The notes under the pieces were generated by a model. The model worked only from the letters and a program-made list of their open reading frames with translations, was not told where the DNA came from and searched no databases. Shown here piece by piece: positions 17,965 to 27,787 of a stretch of 53,333 bases of DNA. How positions within the stretch are numbered: position 1 is the stretch's first letter; every line of letters begins with the position of its first letter. Location: positions 1 to 53,333 of the forward strand of contig JBFMAY010000027.1 of assembly GCA_040755455.1 (NCBI GenBank), given 5' to 3'. Position numbers and translations under genes: made by a program. The stretch is from Thermodesulfobacteriota bacterium. GTDB taxonomy: Bacteria > Desulfobacterota > Desulfobulbia > Desulfobulbales > SURF-16.

Positions 17965-18495
17965 GGCAGTGAGACCTCAGGCGGGTCGCTCAGTGCGTTT
18001 TGCCTTGGCAACTTGTTACAGGGCCAGTCCATTTTTGTTTTTATTTTATCGGTTGACTTTTGAGGGAAATGACAACGGCTCAGTTAAAAAAATCTATACT
18101 ACTCAGTACCAATTGTAAAGTGATAACCTGTAGAAGCAGCATTGGCGACCCGCAAGCCCAGGGCGGACGGGATCGGATAATCTTCTCCGGAGCCTTGCTG
18201 GTCATGGGATGCGAGCAAATCCGGCCAGGCCACGGGGATTTCGCTTAAGGTTTTTTTAGGAGTCGTTACCAATCACCTGCCGGTTTTTTTGTCTTTTTTG
18301 CCGTTTCTTGTTGCTCTTGATGATTTCATTAAGCTATCGTAAAAAATAACTAAGGATTTTAAGCGATTAAATAGGTATTTTTTATGGATGCCAAAGGGAA
18401 GCGGTGACAATAATCGGCCATGGCCGCGATGTTGTGTTCGATCAGGTTTTTTGTGATAGGCTGGATAGACATCCTTGACAGCGGTGGAGAGACAG

Positions 18496-19170
18496 ATGAA
18501 AAAAACAGCACTTTTATTGACGGTTGTTGCGGTAGTGATCTTTGGCGCAGGGGCCTCAGCCCGAGGCTCTTTTGTTGCCCGGAATCTGGTGCCCGGGAGC
18601 GGGGATGGGCTCATCACTCTTGATCCTCTGACCGGTCTGGAATGGCTGGATCTTTCCGCCACCCAAGGCCTTTCCTACACCGCCATCAGCAAGGCCTCCA
18701 GCGGGTATCTTGCCGATTTCGGCTTTCGTTATGCTGATGCCAACGACCTGTGGCTGTTTTATCAGCATGCGGGTGTTGATTTTCTAGGAAAGCCTGGCGA
18801 TTATTCAACATATGCCGCATGGTATTATGCCCGCAATGAAGCAGGGGTGAAAAATCTGCTGCATTTCATGTCTTCGACCATAAGTATCGGCCCATTTCAG
18901 GAGGCGGTGGGCATGTATGTTCTCTATGATGGCAACGGGGATTTTTACCAGCTGAAAGCGGCGAGCGTTCATCTCAATGAAGATGCCTTGGAGTCCTGGG
19001 TTACCATATCTGATACCCCCTATGCGCCGGGAGTTAATACCTGCAGTTTTCTCTATGCCAGCTATCTGGTGCGTGATTCGGTGCCCACGCCGCTGCCCGG
19101 CGCTGTTGTTTTTCTGGGCTCCGGCATTGCCGCCCTGTTCGGGCTGAAGCGCCGGCGGGCAAATAACTGA
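18496..19170 (+). CDS. PEP-CTERM/VPLPA-CTERM sorting-signal surface protein
   Basis: Signal peptide, D..TGLEWL motif, C-terminal VPTPLPGAVVFLGSGIAALFGLKRRR. Confidence 0.85.
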   Translation: MKKTALLLTVVAVVIFGAGASARGSFVARNLVPGSGDGLITLDPLTGLEWLDLSATQGLSYTAISKASSGYLADFGFRYADANDLWLFYQHAGVDFLGKPGDYSTYAAWYYARNEAGVKNLLHFMSSTISIGPFQEAVGMYVLYDGNGDFYQLKAASVHLNEDALESWVTISDTPYAPGVNTCSFLYASYLVRDSVPTPLPGAVVFLGSGIAALFGLKRRRANN

Positions 19171-19306
19171 TCGATATCAAGGATACAAGACGGGATAACA
19201 GGGCAGGTCTGCCGAGAGTCTGCCCTGTTGTCTTTGTTGCGATGTTTTTTTAGGGGTGATAGGTGTCGTGCTGCATGCTCTTCTCTGTTTTTTTTGACAA
19301 CGCCGC

Positions 19307-21217
19307 ATGAAGTGTTCGAAATGCAACAGCGTTCAGGCGCCGGGAGCAAATTTCTGTCAGCACTGCGGGGCCGGTCTCGGCTTGCCAAGAAAGGAGCCGC
19401 ACGCCCTCAAATGGACCCTGGCGTTGCTGCTGCTGTTTATCTTTATTGGCCTGGCCGTTTATTTTTTCAAGGGGATCATCTTTCCCTTTCACCCTGCTGA
19501 GCGGGAAACCCGGTACGGGGTCGCGCCCATGCCGCAAGGCAGTGAGCGCCCTGCGCCTGGCCGGGCGCCGGAAAAGAGGGAGGAGGCGGTTGTTTCGCCC
19601 GTTGCCGGTGCCATGCCGGCGGAGCAAGAGACTGCTTCTTCCCAGCCGGCGGCAAAGCAAAGCAGGCTCCTGCCGGTGGGGGTTGTGGCCGTTTATGACG
19701 GGTGGGGCAATGAGATTGCCGCCATTTCCACCGTGATTGTTGAGCAAAGCTGGGCCGCAGTGCCGGCAAGGGCCTGTCTCGGCGGGGTGCAATTGATTTT
19801 TCGTTTCACGCCGTCAGGTTTTGCCGCCGCAATTGACGGCGGGCAGTGGCGGGCGGGGGATGATGTGGTCCTCTGGCATCTTGAGCGGCCGCTGGATATT
19901 GAGCCAGTCTTGCTTCAGCCCTGGCGGTATCAGGGGAAAACGGTGTGGCGTTCATTGCTTTCGCAGCAGGAAACCGCGGATCTGTCGCTGCTGCCGGACT
20001 GGCAGCAGGGTTCCTGGCTGCATGCGGCGCATGCCGATTTCCCGGAGGAGCCGGGCGTCTTGCTGCAGAACGGCCGGGTGACGGGCTGGACTTTCGGCGG
20101 CTGGCTTGCCGGCGGGTATCTGTGGGCCGGAATACCGGGCCCCGCCACCGACATGACGGTGACTGTCGCGGATTTCTATGACATCACCTTTGCCGGCGGC
20201 CGGGAAGAGCAGTTTGTCCGAGCACTGGCCATGGGGGAAAACTCCGGCCCGGCTGCCCGGCTGCAGGCTCTGCTGGCCGGCTTTCTGCTCGAACCGAAGC
20301 TCGATTTGCAGGATGTGCCGGATGCCCTGCAGCCTGAAAATCTGCTTGGCGCCGCCCGCGCCCTGGCCAGGGAACTGTATCAGCAGGGCGGATTCGAGCA
20401 GCTGGTCGAACTGCTTGATGGCGAGGTGATGCGGAGCACCGGGGATTTGGGCCTGCTCAAAATCGCCGTGGATGCCCGCCTTGCCCGCGGCGGATTTGCC
20501 GATGCGGTGGACTTTGTCGAAAAAACAAGGGCGAGCCTTTGGCAATATGTTGATCATGCCGCCCTGCAGGCTCTCCATCTGCCGCTCTATCAGCTGTGGC
20601 TGGAGGATGAACTGGCCAAGGGCGATCTGGCCGAGGCGGGTGCGGTGCTGACGCGGAGCAGATCTTTTTTTGCCGATGATCCCCGGCTTTTTCTGGACGG
20701 CGTCGAGCTGTCCCTGGCCGGGGGGGACTGGGCCGGGGCTGAGGAGTTGCTCTGGCAGCGCGTCTATCCGGACACCATGACCGAGAGGGTGGAGCGGCTG
20801 GCCCGGCAGATTTCCCAGCTGAAGATGCAGGAGGGCGAGATAATCATCCCCTTTACCCCCGGATCGCAGCAGATCCATGTCAAGGCCACGGTCAACGGCC
20901 GGGTGACCTATCCGTTTCTCATTGATACCGGCGCGTCTGTGGTGTCCATTCCGGCGTCCCTGCTGCCCGCCCTTGGCCTGGAAATCAACCATAATACCCC
21001 GCGCTACAAGGTGGCCACCGCCGGCGGGGTCAAAGAAGCCTGGGAGGTGACGCTCTCCTCAATCGAGCTTGAGGGCTGGCTGGTCCATAATGTCCGTGCC
21101 CTGGTTGTCGATGGCCAGGAGCAAGTTGATTTCGGCCTGCTGGGGCTTAATTTTCTTAACAGATTTCAGATGCATCTTGATTCGGATGAGGGAGTGCTTA
21201 TATTAAAACCTCAATAA
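19307..21217 (+). CDS. Zinc-ribbon/TM-anchored protein with C-terminal retropepsin-like (clan AA) aspartic protease
   Basis: CSKC..CQHC, TM, FLIDTGAS, VATAGG, LLGLNFL. Confidence 0.85.
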   Translation: MKCSKCNSVQAPGANFCQHCGAGLGLPRKEPHALKWTLALLLLFIFIGLAVYFFKGIIFPFHPAERETRYGVAPMPQGSERPAPGRAPEKREEAVVSPVAGAMPAEQETASSQPAAKQSRLLPVGVVAVYDGWGNEIAAISTVIVEQSWAAVPARACLGGVQLIFRFTPSGFAAAIDGGQWRAGDDVVLWHLERPLDIEPVLLQPWRYQGKTVWRSLLSQQETADLSLLPDWQQGSWLHAAHADFPEEPGVLLQNGRVTGWTFGGWLAGGYLWAGIPGPATDMTVTVADFYDITFAGGREEQFVRALAMGENSGPAARLQALLAGFLLEPKLDLQDVPDALQPENLLGAARALARELYQQGGFEQLVELLDGEVMRSTGDLGLLKIAVDARLARGGFADAVDFVEKTRASLWQYVDHAALQALHLPLYQLWLEDELAKGDLAEAGAVLTRSRSFFADDPRLFLDGVELSLAGGDWAGAEELLWQRVYPDTMTERVERLARQISQLKMQEGEIIIPFTPGSQQIHVKATVNGRVTYPFLIDTGASVVSIPASLLPALGLEINHNTPRYKVATAGGVKEAWEVTLSSIELEGWLVHNVRALVVDGQEQVDFGLLGLNFLNRFQMHLDSDEGVLILKPQ

Positions 21218-21338
21218 GATGGGGTGATGCGCCTGTGCCCCTCCATTTCTCCCCGCTTCCGGAGCCTCCATGTTGTGCTGATTCTCCTTCCGGTGATTGC
21301 GGCGCGGCAAGAGCAATCCTTATCTCCGTTGAAATGCT

Positions 21339-22229
21339 GTGACAGAAAATGAAAGCTGGGTACCTGTTGCCCGGATAAAAAAATACCAGCAGGCCTATAT
21401 CTGGTCCCTTGTGCTGCAATCCGTCGATATCCCGCATATGCTGGAAAAAGAACAGGGCTGTTGGCTCATAACGGTTGCCGGGCAGTTCAAGGCGGCGGCG
21501 GTGGGGCATATCGCCTCGTTTGAGAGGGAGAACAAGAACTGGCCGCCGCCAAAAGAGGAGCCGGTGGGCCTGTTTTCCTTTCGGGACAGGCAGCCTCCCA
21601 CCTTGCTGCTGATGGGGGTTCTGCTGATTTTCTACTGGGTGACCGGTCCCTGGCAGGACGGCAGCCGTTGGTTTGAGGCAGGAGCCGTGAACCTCCGGCA
21701 GATCGTCGATCATGGCCAGTGGTGGCGGCTGGTTACCGGACTTACCCTGCATGCCGACCCGGTGCATGTGCTGGGCAATGTCATCATCGGCGGCACCATT
21801 ATCCATTTTCTCTGCAAGATTCTCGGCAGCGGCCTTGGCTGGTTTCTTGTGCTGGTTGCCGGCATTGCCGGCAACGGGCTCAATATTCTGCTGCGGACCG
21901 GCCAGCATCTTTCGGTCGGCTTCTCCACGGCGGTTTTCGGAGCCATCGGTATTCTGACCGGTCTGGAGCTCAAGAGGCAATTCAAGCTGCAGGGGATTCT
22001 GCTGCCGCTTGGGGCCGGACTGAGTCTTTTGGCCATGCTCGGCAGCGGCGGCGAAAGAACGGATCTGGGCGCCCATTTCTGGGGACTTGCCGCCGGCATC
22101 GCCATCGGTGTGCTGGCGGCCTGCTTCCCTGTTTTCCTGAAATGGTGCAATGTCTGGCAGCGGCAGCTTTTTTTTCTGGTTGTCGCCATGCTGGTTGTCC
22201 TGGGAGGCTGGCGGCTTGCCTTTTCGTGA
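21339..22229 (+). CDS. Rhomboid family intramembrane serine protease
   Basis: WWRLVT, H....H...N, GFS catalytic Ser, AHFWG catalytic His. Confidence 0.92.
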   Translation: MTENESWVPVARIKKYQQAYIWSLVLQSVDIPHMLEKEQGCWLITVAGQFKAAAVGHIASFERENKNWPPPKEEPVGLFSFRDRQPPTLLLMGVLLIFYWVTGPWQDGSRWFEAGAVNLRQIVDHGQWWRLVTGLTLHADPVHVLGNVIIGGTIIHFLCKILGSGLGWFLVLVAGIAGNGLNILLRTGQHLSVGFSTAVFGAIGILTGLELKRQFKLQGILLPLGAGLSLLAMLGSGGERTDLGAHFWGLAAGIAIGVLAACFPVFLKWCNVWQRQLFFLVVAMLVVLGGWRLAFS

Positions 22230-22334
22230 AAAAAATGTTGTAATGCACGGACCAACCCGGGCCATGACGGTTAACTCATGGCTGATGAACGCTTGAGCGT
22301 TTGCACACTTGAACTTTACACAGGAACGGAAAAA

Positions 22335-23465
22335 ATGCCATTTGATGATCAGCAACCACCATGGGGGCAGAAAAAACGACCCTCTTCGCCTGAAGAGATG
22401 ATCGCGGCCCTTTTGAAAAAAATCAAAGAGAGCTTTGAAGGCAGCGGCGGCAGCGGCGGCAGGGGAGGGGGGCTGGACGACCGGGAAAAAGAGCCGGCTG
22501 GCCCTGCCCCGGATATCGGCGGCAGCGTCATAAAGGTGGTGGCTGTTGTTGCCATCATTTTTTTCATCCAGATCATTTACTCGTCTTTTTACACCATTGA
22601 GCCTGGCGAGAAGGGGGTTGTGCTGCGGCTGGGCAAGTTCACCAAGTTTACCACCTCCGGTCTCAACTTCAAGATCCCCCTGGTGGACGAGGTTGTGAAG
22701 ATCGATGTGGAAACCGTGCGCAAGCTGGAGTTTGGTTTCCGCACCAAGATTCCGGGAGAGAAATCCGTCTTTGTCAAGCAGGGGTATGATATGGAGTCCC
22801 TCATGCTGACCGGCGATAAAAACGTCATCGATGTCGAATGGATTGTCCAGTACAAGGTGCAGGATCCCTTTCTGTTTGTCTTCAAGGTGGGAGACGTGGA
22901 TCAGGCGGTGCGGGACGTCTCGGAAATGGCCATTCGCAGCATTGTCGGCAATCGGGATTTTGACTTTGTTCTCGGCAATCGGGAGATTATTGAGGCTGGG
23001 ACTGCCCGGATGCTGCAGGACAGCCTGAACAGGTATGAGAGCGGGGTGAAGGTGCTGACGGTGAAATTGCAGGATGTGAACCCGCCGGAACAGGTCAAAC
23101 CCGCCTTCAATGAGGTAAATGAGGCTGATCAGGATATGAAGCGTCTGGTCAATGAGGCGGAGCAGACCTATAACAAGTTGATCCCCAAGGCCCGCGGCGA
23201 CGCGAAAAAACTGCTGGAAGAGGCGCATGGCTATGCCATTGAGCGGACCAACCTGGCCCAGGGTGAAACCGCCCGTTTCCTGGCCGTGAATGAGGAGTAC
23301 AAAAAAGCGGAAGAGGTGACCAGGAAAAGGATGTATCTGGAAACCATGCAGAAGGTGCTGCCCTCGGTCGCCGAAATCTATGTCATTGATAAAGATCAGC
23401 AGTCAATCCTGCCTTTTCTGGATCTTTCCGGCAGCCGCAAAGCCCCGGCTCAGAATACGAACTAA
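22335..23465 (+). CDS. hflK: FtsH protease activity modulator HflK
   Basis: PWG N-terminus, GVVLRLGK, MLTGDKN, QDVNPPEQVKPAFNEV, RMYLETM. Confidence 0.95.
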   Translation: MPFDDQQPPWGQKKRPSSPEEMIAALLKKIKESFEGSGGSGGRGGGLDDREKEPAGPAPDIGGSVIKVVAVVAIIFFIQIIYSSFYTIEPGEKGVVLRLGKFTKFTTSGLNFKIPLVDEVVKIDVETVRKLEFGFRTKIPGEKSVFVKQGYDMESLMLTGDKNVIDVEWIVQYKVQDPFLFVFKVGDVDQAVRDVSEMAIRSIVGNRDFDFVLGNREIIEAGTARMLQDSLNRYESGVKVLTVKLQDVNPPEQVKPAFNEVNEADQDMKRLVNEAEQTYNKLIPKARGDAKKLLEEAHGYAIERTNLAQGETARFLAVNEEYKKAEEVTRKRMYLETMQKVLPSVAEIYVIDKDQQSILPFLDLSGSRKAPAQNTN

Positions 23466-23477
23466 AGGGAGAACACA

Positions 23478-24410
23478 GTGAATATATTTGTGCGTTATTT
23501 ATTAATTGCCCTGGTGATTGTCAGCGGTGTCACTGTCTGGGACGGTTTTTTCATTCTGCCGGAGGGAACACAGGCCGTGGTCACCCAATTCGGCGCACCT
23601 GTGGGCAAACCCGTAACCGAGGCCGGGCTGCACTTTAAAACCCCCTTTATCCAGGCGGTGCGGCCTTTTGAAAAACGCATCCTGATATGGGATGGCGACC
23701 CGAACCAGATTCCCACCAATGATAAAACCTTTGTGTATATCGATGCCACCGCCCGGTGGAGAATCGCCGATGCCCTGCGTTTTCTCCAGGCGGTTGACAA
23801 TGTTCCGCGGGCGATGACCCTGCTGGACGATATCGTCGACAGTTCAATCCGCGATCTGGTCAACAAGAATAATCTGGTTGAGATCATCAGAAGCTCCGAC
23901 TGGGAGCCTGGTCAGTTTGACGCCGGGGTGGGGGAAGAGACCAAGGCAGAGCCGATCAGGCTTGGCCGGGACAAGATCTCCCAGATGATTTTCGAGTCCG
24001 CTTCCAAGCTCACCGTTGATTACGGCATTGAACTGGTGGATGTCATGCTGAAAAGGGTCAACTATATCGATACCGTGCGCGAGAAGGTCTATGAGCGGAT
24101 GATTTCGGAAAGAAAGAGGATTGCCGCGGAAAAGCGGTCGCTGGGCGAGGGCCAGAAGGCGGAGATCCTCGGTAAGGTGGAGCGGGAGTTAAAACTCATC
24201 ACCTCCCAGGCCACCCGGGAGTCGGAAGAGATCAAGGGCAAGGCTGACGCCGAGGCGGCGGGGATTTACGCCGCCGCTTACAATAAAGACCCGGGATTTT
24301 ATGCCTTTTCGAAAAGTCTGGAGGCCTACCAGACTTCATTCGGCCCCAATACCAGGATGATTCTTTCCTCGGATTCGGAATTCTACAAATATCTGCATGT
24401 AGTGAAGTAG
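23478..24410 (+). CDS. hflC: Protease modulator HflC
   Basis: VVTQFG, GLHFKTPF, RMISER, YAAAYNKDPGFY. Confidence 0.95.
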   Translation: MNIFVRYLLIALVIVSGVTVWDGFFILPEGTQAVVTQFGAPVGKPVTEAGLHFKTPFIQAVRPFEKRILIWDGDPNQIPTNDKTFVYIDATARWRIADALRFLQAVDNVPRAMTLLDDIVDSSIRDLVNKNNLVEIIRSSDWEPGQFDAGVGEETKAEPIRLGRDKISQMIFESASKLTVDYGIELVDVMLKRVNYIDTVREKVYERMISERKRIAAEKRSLGEGQKAEILGKVERELKLITSQATRESEEIKGKADAEAAGIYAAAYNKDPGFYAFSKSLEAYQTSFGPNTRMILSSDSEFYKYLHVVK

Positions 24411-24469
24411 GGGCAGGCCTTGTGCCTGCCCAAAGGCAAGAAGAAATTGGGCAACCCTTGTGGTTGACC
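24407..24469 (+). repeat. GTAG-type REP-like palindromes after hflC
   Basis: GTAG-GGGCAGGC-CTTGT-GCCTGCCC, then GGGCAACCCTTGTGGTTGACC. Confidence 0.55.
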
Positions 24470-24530
24470 AATTTCCTGCCGGCCCCGGATGTCCCTCCGC
24501 CATCCCCAATCCGCAATAGATTGCCGTCCG

Positions 24531-25187
24531 TCACTCCTCCCCGCCGGCAGGGTAGGCGGGGCGCTGGCTCTTGGCGTCAAACGGGATGCGTCCCTTGTTG
24601 GTCAGTTGTTCGTGAAAAGATTCAAGGTCCTCTTCGTCCGTCAGTCTGTCCTTGCCGGTAATGGTAAAGCGGCAGGGGCAGCTGGTGAGCTGGCCGCCGC
24701 ACCAGGGGCAGACTTCCACCGGGCAGCCCAGGATGTGAAATTCTCCGTTTGCCGCCGAGCAGACCGGGCAGAGATTGATGTCCGCGGTGGCGGGGCTGTA
24801 AGCGGGGAAGCGGGAAATATCCTCAAGGCTGCGGATGCTTTCCTCCCGGGTTGCATAGCCGAAAAATTCCAGCACCTCGCTGTCCCATATGCCGTTTGCC
24901 GCGCTGCCGAGAAATTCCGCCTGCTGCTGGCTGACCACATAGAGATAGTTGTCTATGCCGGTGGCGGCGCAGAGCAGGAAAATGCCCTGTTTTACGGCAA
25001 TAACCTGCAGGCCGTTGATCGCGTCGTCAAGTCCTTCCGGTAAAAAGCTGTAAAAGGCGTGAAAGAGATTAAGCGCTATGCGGTCGCCGCTGAATTCCTC
25101 CAGCAGTGCGAGGGCCTGCTGCCGTTCATCGGCAGGCACGGCATATTCCATGAGCACCTTGATTTCTTCGAGTTGGCGGCTGATCAC
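24531..25187 (-). CDS. Hypothetical protein with C-terminal Cys/His metal-binding cluster
   Basis: CPVC..H..GC..E.CPWCGGQLTSCPC; GTGA overlap with the thiE stop. Confidence 0.8.
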   Translation of the reverse strand: MISRQLEEIKVLMEYAVPADERQQALALLEEFSGDRIALNLFHAFYSFLPEGLDDAINGLQVIAVKQGIFLLCAATGIDNYLYVVSQQQAEFLGSAANGIWDSEVLEFFGYATREESIRSLEDISRFPAYSPATADINLCPVCSAANGEFHILGCPVEVCPWCGGQLTSCPCRFTITGKDRLTDEEDLESFHEQLTNKGRIPFDAKSQRPAYPAGGEE

Positions 25188-25873
25188 TGCTGTTTCCTCC
25201 TGCTGTCTTTCCCCCTGCCGATGGCGGCAATCCAGCGTCTGGTTTCCTGCTCTATGTTTTCGGCCTGGGTCAGGGCGGTGACCACGGCAAGGCGGCTGGC
25301 CCCCAAGGCGGTGAGGCGCGGCACATGCTCCAGTTTAATGCCGCCCATCACGGTAAAGGGCAGGTCCGATGCGGCGGAAAAGGCGGGGATGGCCTCTTCG
25401 CCGATGAAGGCCTTCAGCCCGGATTTCGTTGCCGTCGGGAAAAGCGGACCGATGTTGAAATAGCTTGCCCCCCGCGCTTTGGCTGATGCGGCATGTTCTC
25501 TGGTGTTGGCCGAGACGCCGATGAGCAGGTCCGGGGCCAGGTTGCGCACCTCCCGGGCAGGCAGATCGCTGTTGCCGAGATGGATGCCGTCCGCATCGGC
25601 AAGCAGCGCGATGTCCAGCCGGTTGTTGACGATAAACAGGGCGCCGGCCTCGGTTGTTTTGCGCCTGAATACCTGGGCCTTGGCAAAAAGGGTCCGGTCG
25701 TCTGACAGTTTGTCCCGCAGTTGCACGATGCGGGCGCCTCCTGCCAGGACGGCGTCAAGCCATTCCTCGTCACTCCTGCCGCAGGCGAGCTTTTCGCAGG
25801 AAACAGGATAGAGAGTGACCTGCTCGATGAATTTTATCAGCCTCTGCTGATAAAGGGTGCCAGGGGGTGTCAT
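25184..25873 (-). CDS. thiE: Thiamine-phosphate synthase
   Basis: VQLRDK, ADGIHLG..D, GPLFPTATK, MGGI, LAVVTAL. Confidence 0.9.
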   Translation of the reverse strand: MTPPGTLYQQRLIKFIEQVTLYPVSCEKLACGRSDEEWLDAVLAGGARIVQLRDKLSDDRTLFAKAQVFRRKTTEAGALFIVNNRLDIALLADADGIHLGNSDLPAREVRNLAPDLLIGVSANTREHAASAKARGASYFNIGPLFPTATKSGLKAFIGEEAIPAFSAASDLPFTVMGGIKLEHVPRLTALGASRLAVVTALTQAENIEQETRRWIAAIGRGKDSRRKQQ

Positions 25874-26212
25874 TTGCTCTTCCGGTATGAGGTTTAAGTG
25901 TGTTTGGATTGTTGAAATGCGCAGGCCAGCAATGTTACTTATTGAAAGTTGGGTGGAATTTGCATATAATCGCCCTCTATATAATGATTAAAGAGCCGTT
26001 CGTCAATCATCGATGACCCTGTTGAGGTCACTCTTGTCAACGCCCGGGCATTTTTCTTGGCTCCTGCAGCCGCGTGCCTGCTGACTCGGCAAAAAAATAC
26101 AGCTCTCATCTGCAAGTTGCTGGTCATGTTTCCTCTGCCGCCATTGTTCCGGCAGACTGGTTATTCGGGCGTGCAGGTGAGCCGGCGTGGACGCAAATAA
26201 AAGGATGAAATT

Positions 26213-27520
26213 ATGCTAGATGACTTTGTTTCCGATAAAAAAGCGGAACTCATACTTGATGGGAAATCCTATTTCTTCCCGATCATTGAAGGAACTGAAG
26301 GTGAAAGAGCCATAGATATCAGAACATTGCGATCTAAGACCAGCTACGTGACCATCGATTCCGGCTATATGAACACCGGGTCCTGCGCCAGTTCCATCAC
26401 CTTCCTTGATGGCGAGCAGAGCATCCTCAATTACCGGGGGTACGGCATCGATGATCTGGCGGAAAACTGTTCTTTTGTCGAGGTGGCGTATCTGCTGGTG
26501 CATGGCAGCCTTCCCACCCAGCAACAGTTGTCGGGTTTCAGCCGGCTGCTCGGCGGTTTTGCCCTCATTCACGAGGATATGATTCATTTCTTTGATCATT
26601 TTCCGCCGTACGCCCCGCCCATGTCCATTCTTTCCTCCATGGTCAATTCTCTGTGTAATTTTTATCCGGAGATGAATGACAACCCCGGAGAGAACATTGA
26701 TATGATGGCGGCCCGGCTCATCTCAAAAATCCGCACCATTGCCGCGTTTTCTTACAAGAAGTCCCTGGGGCAGCCACTGGTCTATCCCCGGCACGACTAC
26801 TCCTACTGCGCCAATTTTCTCAACATGATGTTTGATTCGCCGGTGAAGCCCTATACGGTCAGCGATGCGGTTGTCGCCGCATTAAACAAGCTGCTCATCC
26901 TCCATGCCGATCATGAGCAGAATTGTTCAACCTCCACGGTGCGGCTGGTGGGCAGCGCCAGAGTCAATCTCTATGCCTCCATTTCAGCCGGCATCAATGC
27001 CCTGTGGGGGCCGCTGCATGGCGGGGCCAACCAGGCCGTCATTGAAATGCTGGAAGAGATTTTCGAAAGCGGCGGCGATTACATGAAATATATTGACCGG
27101 GCGAAAGACCCCAAGGATCCTTTCCGCCTGGTCGGGTTCGGCCATCGGGTGTATAAGAGCCATGACCCCCGTTCCCGCATCATCAAGAATGCCTGCGATC
27201 AGGTGCTCGCCTCCCTGGGGGTTAGTTCCGATCCCCTGCTTGATATTGCCAGGGAAATTGAAGAGGTTGTCCTGAAAGACGAATATTTTGTGGAGAGAAA
27301 TCTCTACCCCAATGTGGATTTTTACAGCGGCATTATTTATCGGGCCATCGGCATTCCGAATAATATGTTTACCGTGATGTTTGCCCTGGGCCGGCTGCCT
27401 GGCTGGATCGCGCACTGGAAGGAGATGTGGGATGATCCGAACTGGCGCATCGGCAGGCCGCGGCAGATTTATACCGGCCCCAAGCGGCGGCCCTTTGTGC
27501 CCATCAGCGAGCGCGGCTAG
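26213..27520 (+). CDS. gltA: Citrate synthase
   Basis: LHADHEQNCST, GPLHGGAN, GFGHRVYK, YPNVDFYSG, RPRQIY. Confidence 0.97.
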   Translation: MLDDFVSDKKAELILDGKSYFFPIIEGTEGERAIDIRTLRSKTSYVTIDSGYMNTGSCASSITFLDGEQSILNYRGYGIDDLAENCSFVEVAYLLVHGSLPTQQQLSGFSRLLGGFALIHEDMIHFFDHFPPYAPPMSILSSMVNSLCNFYPEMNDNPGENIDMMAARLISKIRTIAAFSYKKSLGQPLVYPRHDYSYCANFLNMMFDSPVKPYTVSDAVVAALNKLLILHADHEQNCSTSTVRLVGSARVNLYASISAGINALWGPLHGGANQAVIEMLEEIFESGGDYMKYIDRAKDPKDPFRLVGFGHRVYKSHDPRSRIIKNACDQVLASLGVSSDPLLDIAREIEEVVLKDEYFVERNLYPNVDFYSGIIYRAIGIPNNMFTVMFALGRLPGWIAHWKEMWDDPNWRIGRPRQIYTGPKRRPFVPISERG

Positions 27521-27551
27521 TCCTGGCCGGCGGTGCGCCGAGCTCTCCAAG

Positions 27552-27591
27552 AAAATCCCTGCCAGCCTTGGTGCTGCCAGGGATTTTTTTT
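27552..27591 (+). terminator. Intrinsic terminator after gltA
   Basis: AAAATCCCTG...CAGGGATTTT plus T tract. Confidence 0.8.
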
Positions 27592-27678
27592 GTCATGTGG
27601 AAGGTGCGGCCATTGGCGGGCAAGCTGTCCGCCGGAGCAGGAACTGTGCGCAACGCCTGGGCGAAGTAAAAAAAAGAT

Positions 27679-27706
27679 TGAAGTTACGCTCGCGGTGTGC
27701 CGATAA
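27679..27706 (+). promoter_or_regulatory. Candidate sigma28 (FliA) promoter
   Basis: TGAAG-15 nt-GCCGATAA. Confidence 0.55.
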
Positions 27707-27787
27707 TGGAAATGATAACCAGAGTTATCTTCTGGATACAGCTGGCAGCATAATTTTATTACGTGACAATGCATCGGAAAAGGTAAC

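Noticed and set aside
6595..19200. tRNA-Leu as the attachment site of an integrated island
   Set aside because: No integrase and no duplicated tRNA 3' end found in the window; only the accessory-looking gene content suggests it
21198..23228. 676-aa minus-strand ORF spanning the rhomboid gene and hflK
   Set aside because: Antisense shadow of two well-supported genes with no recognisable motifs; expected with GC-rich codon bias
27702..27728. Fur-like GATAAT/GATAAC array upstream of the SprA-related gene
   Set aside because: Only a partial match, and it overlaps the sigma28 -10 box that already explains GATAA
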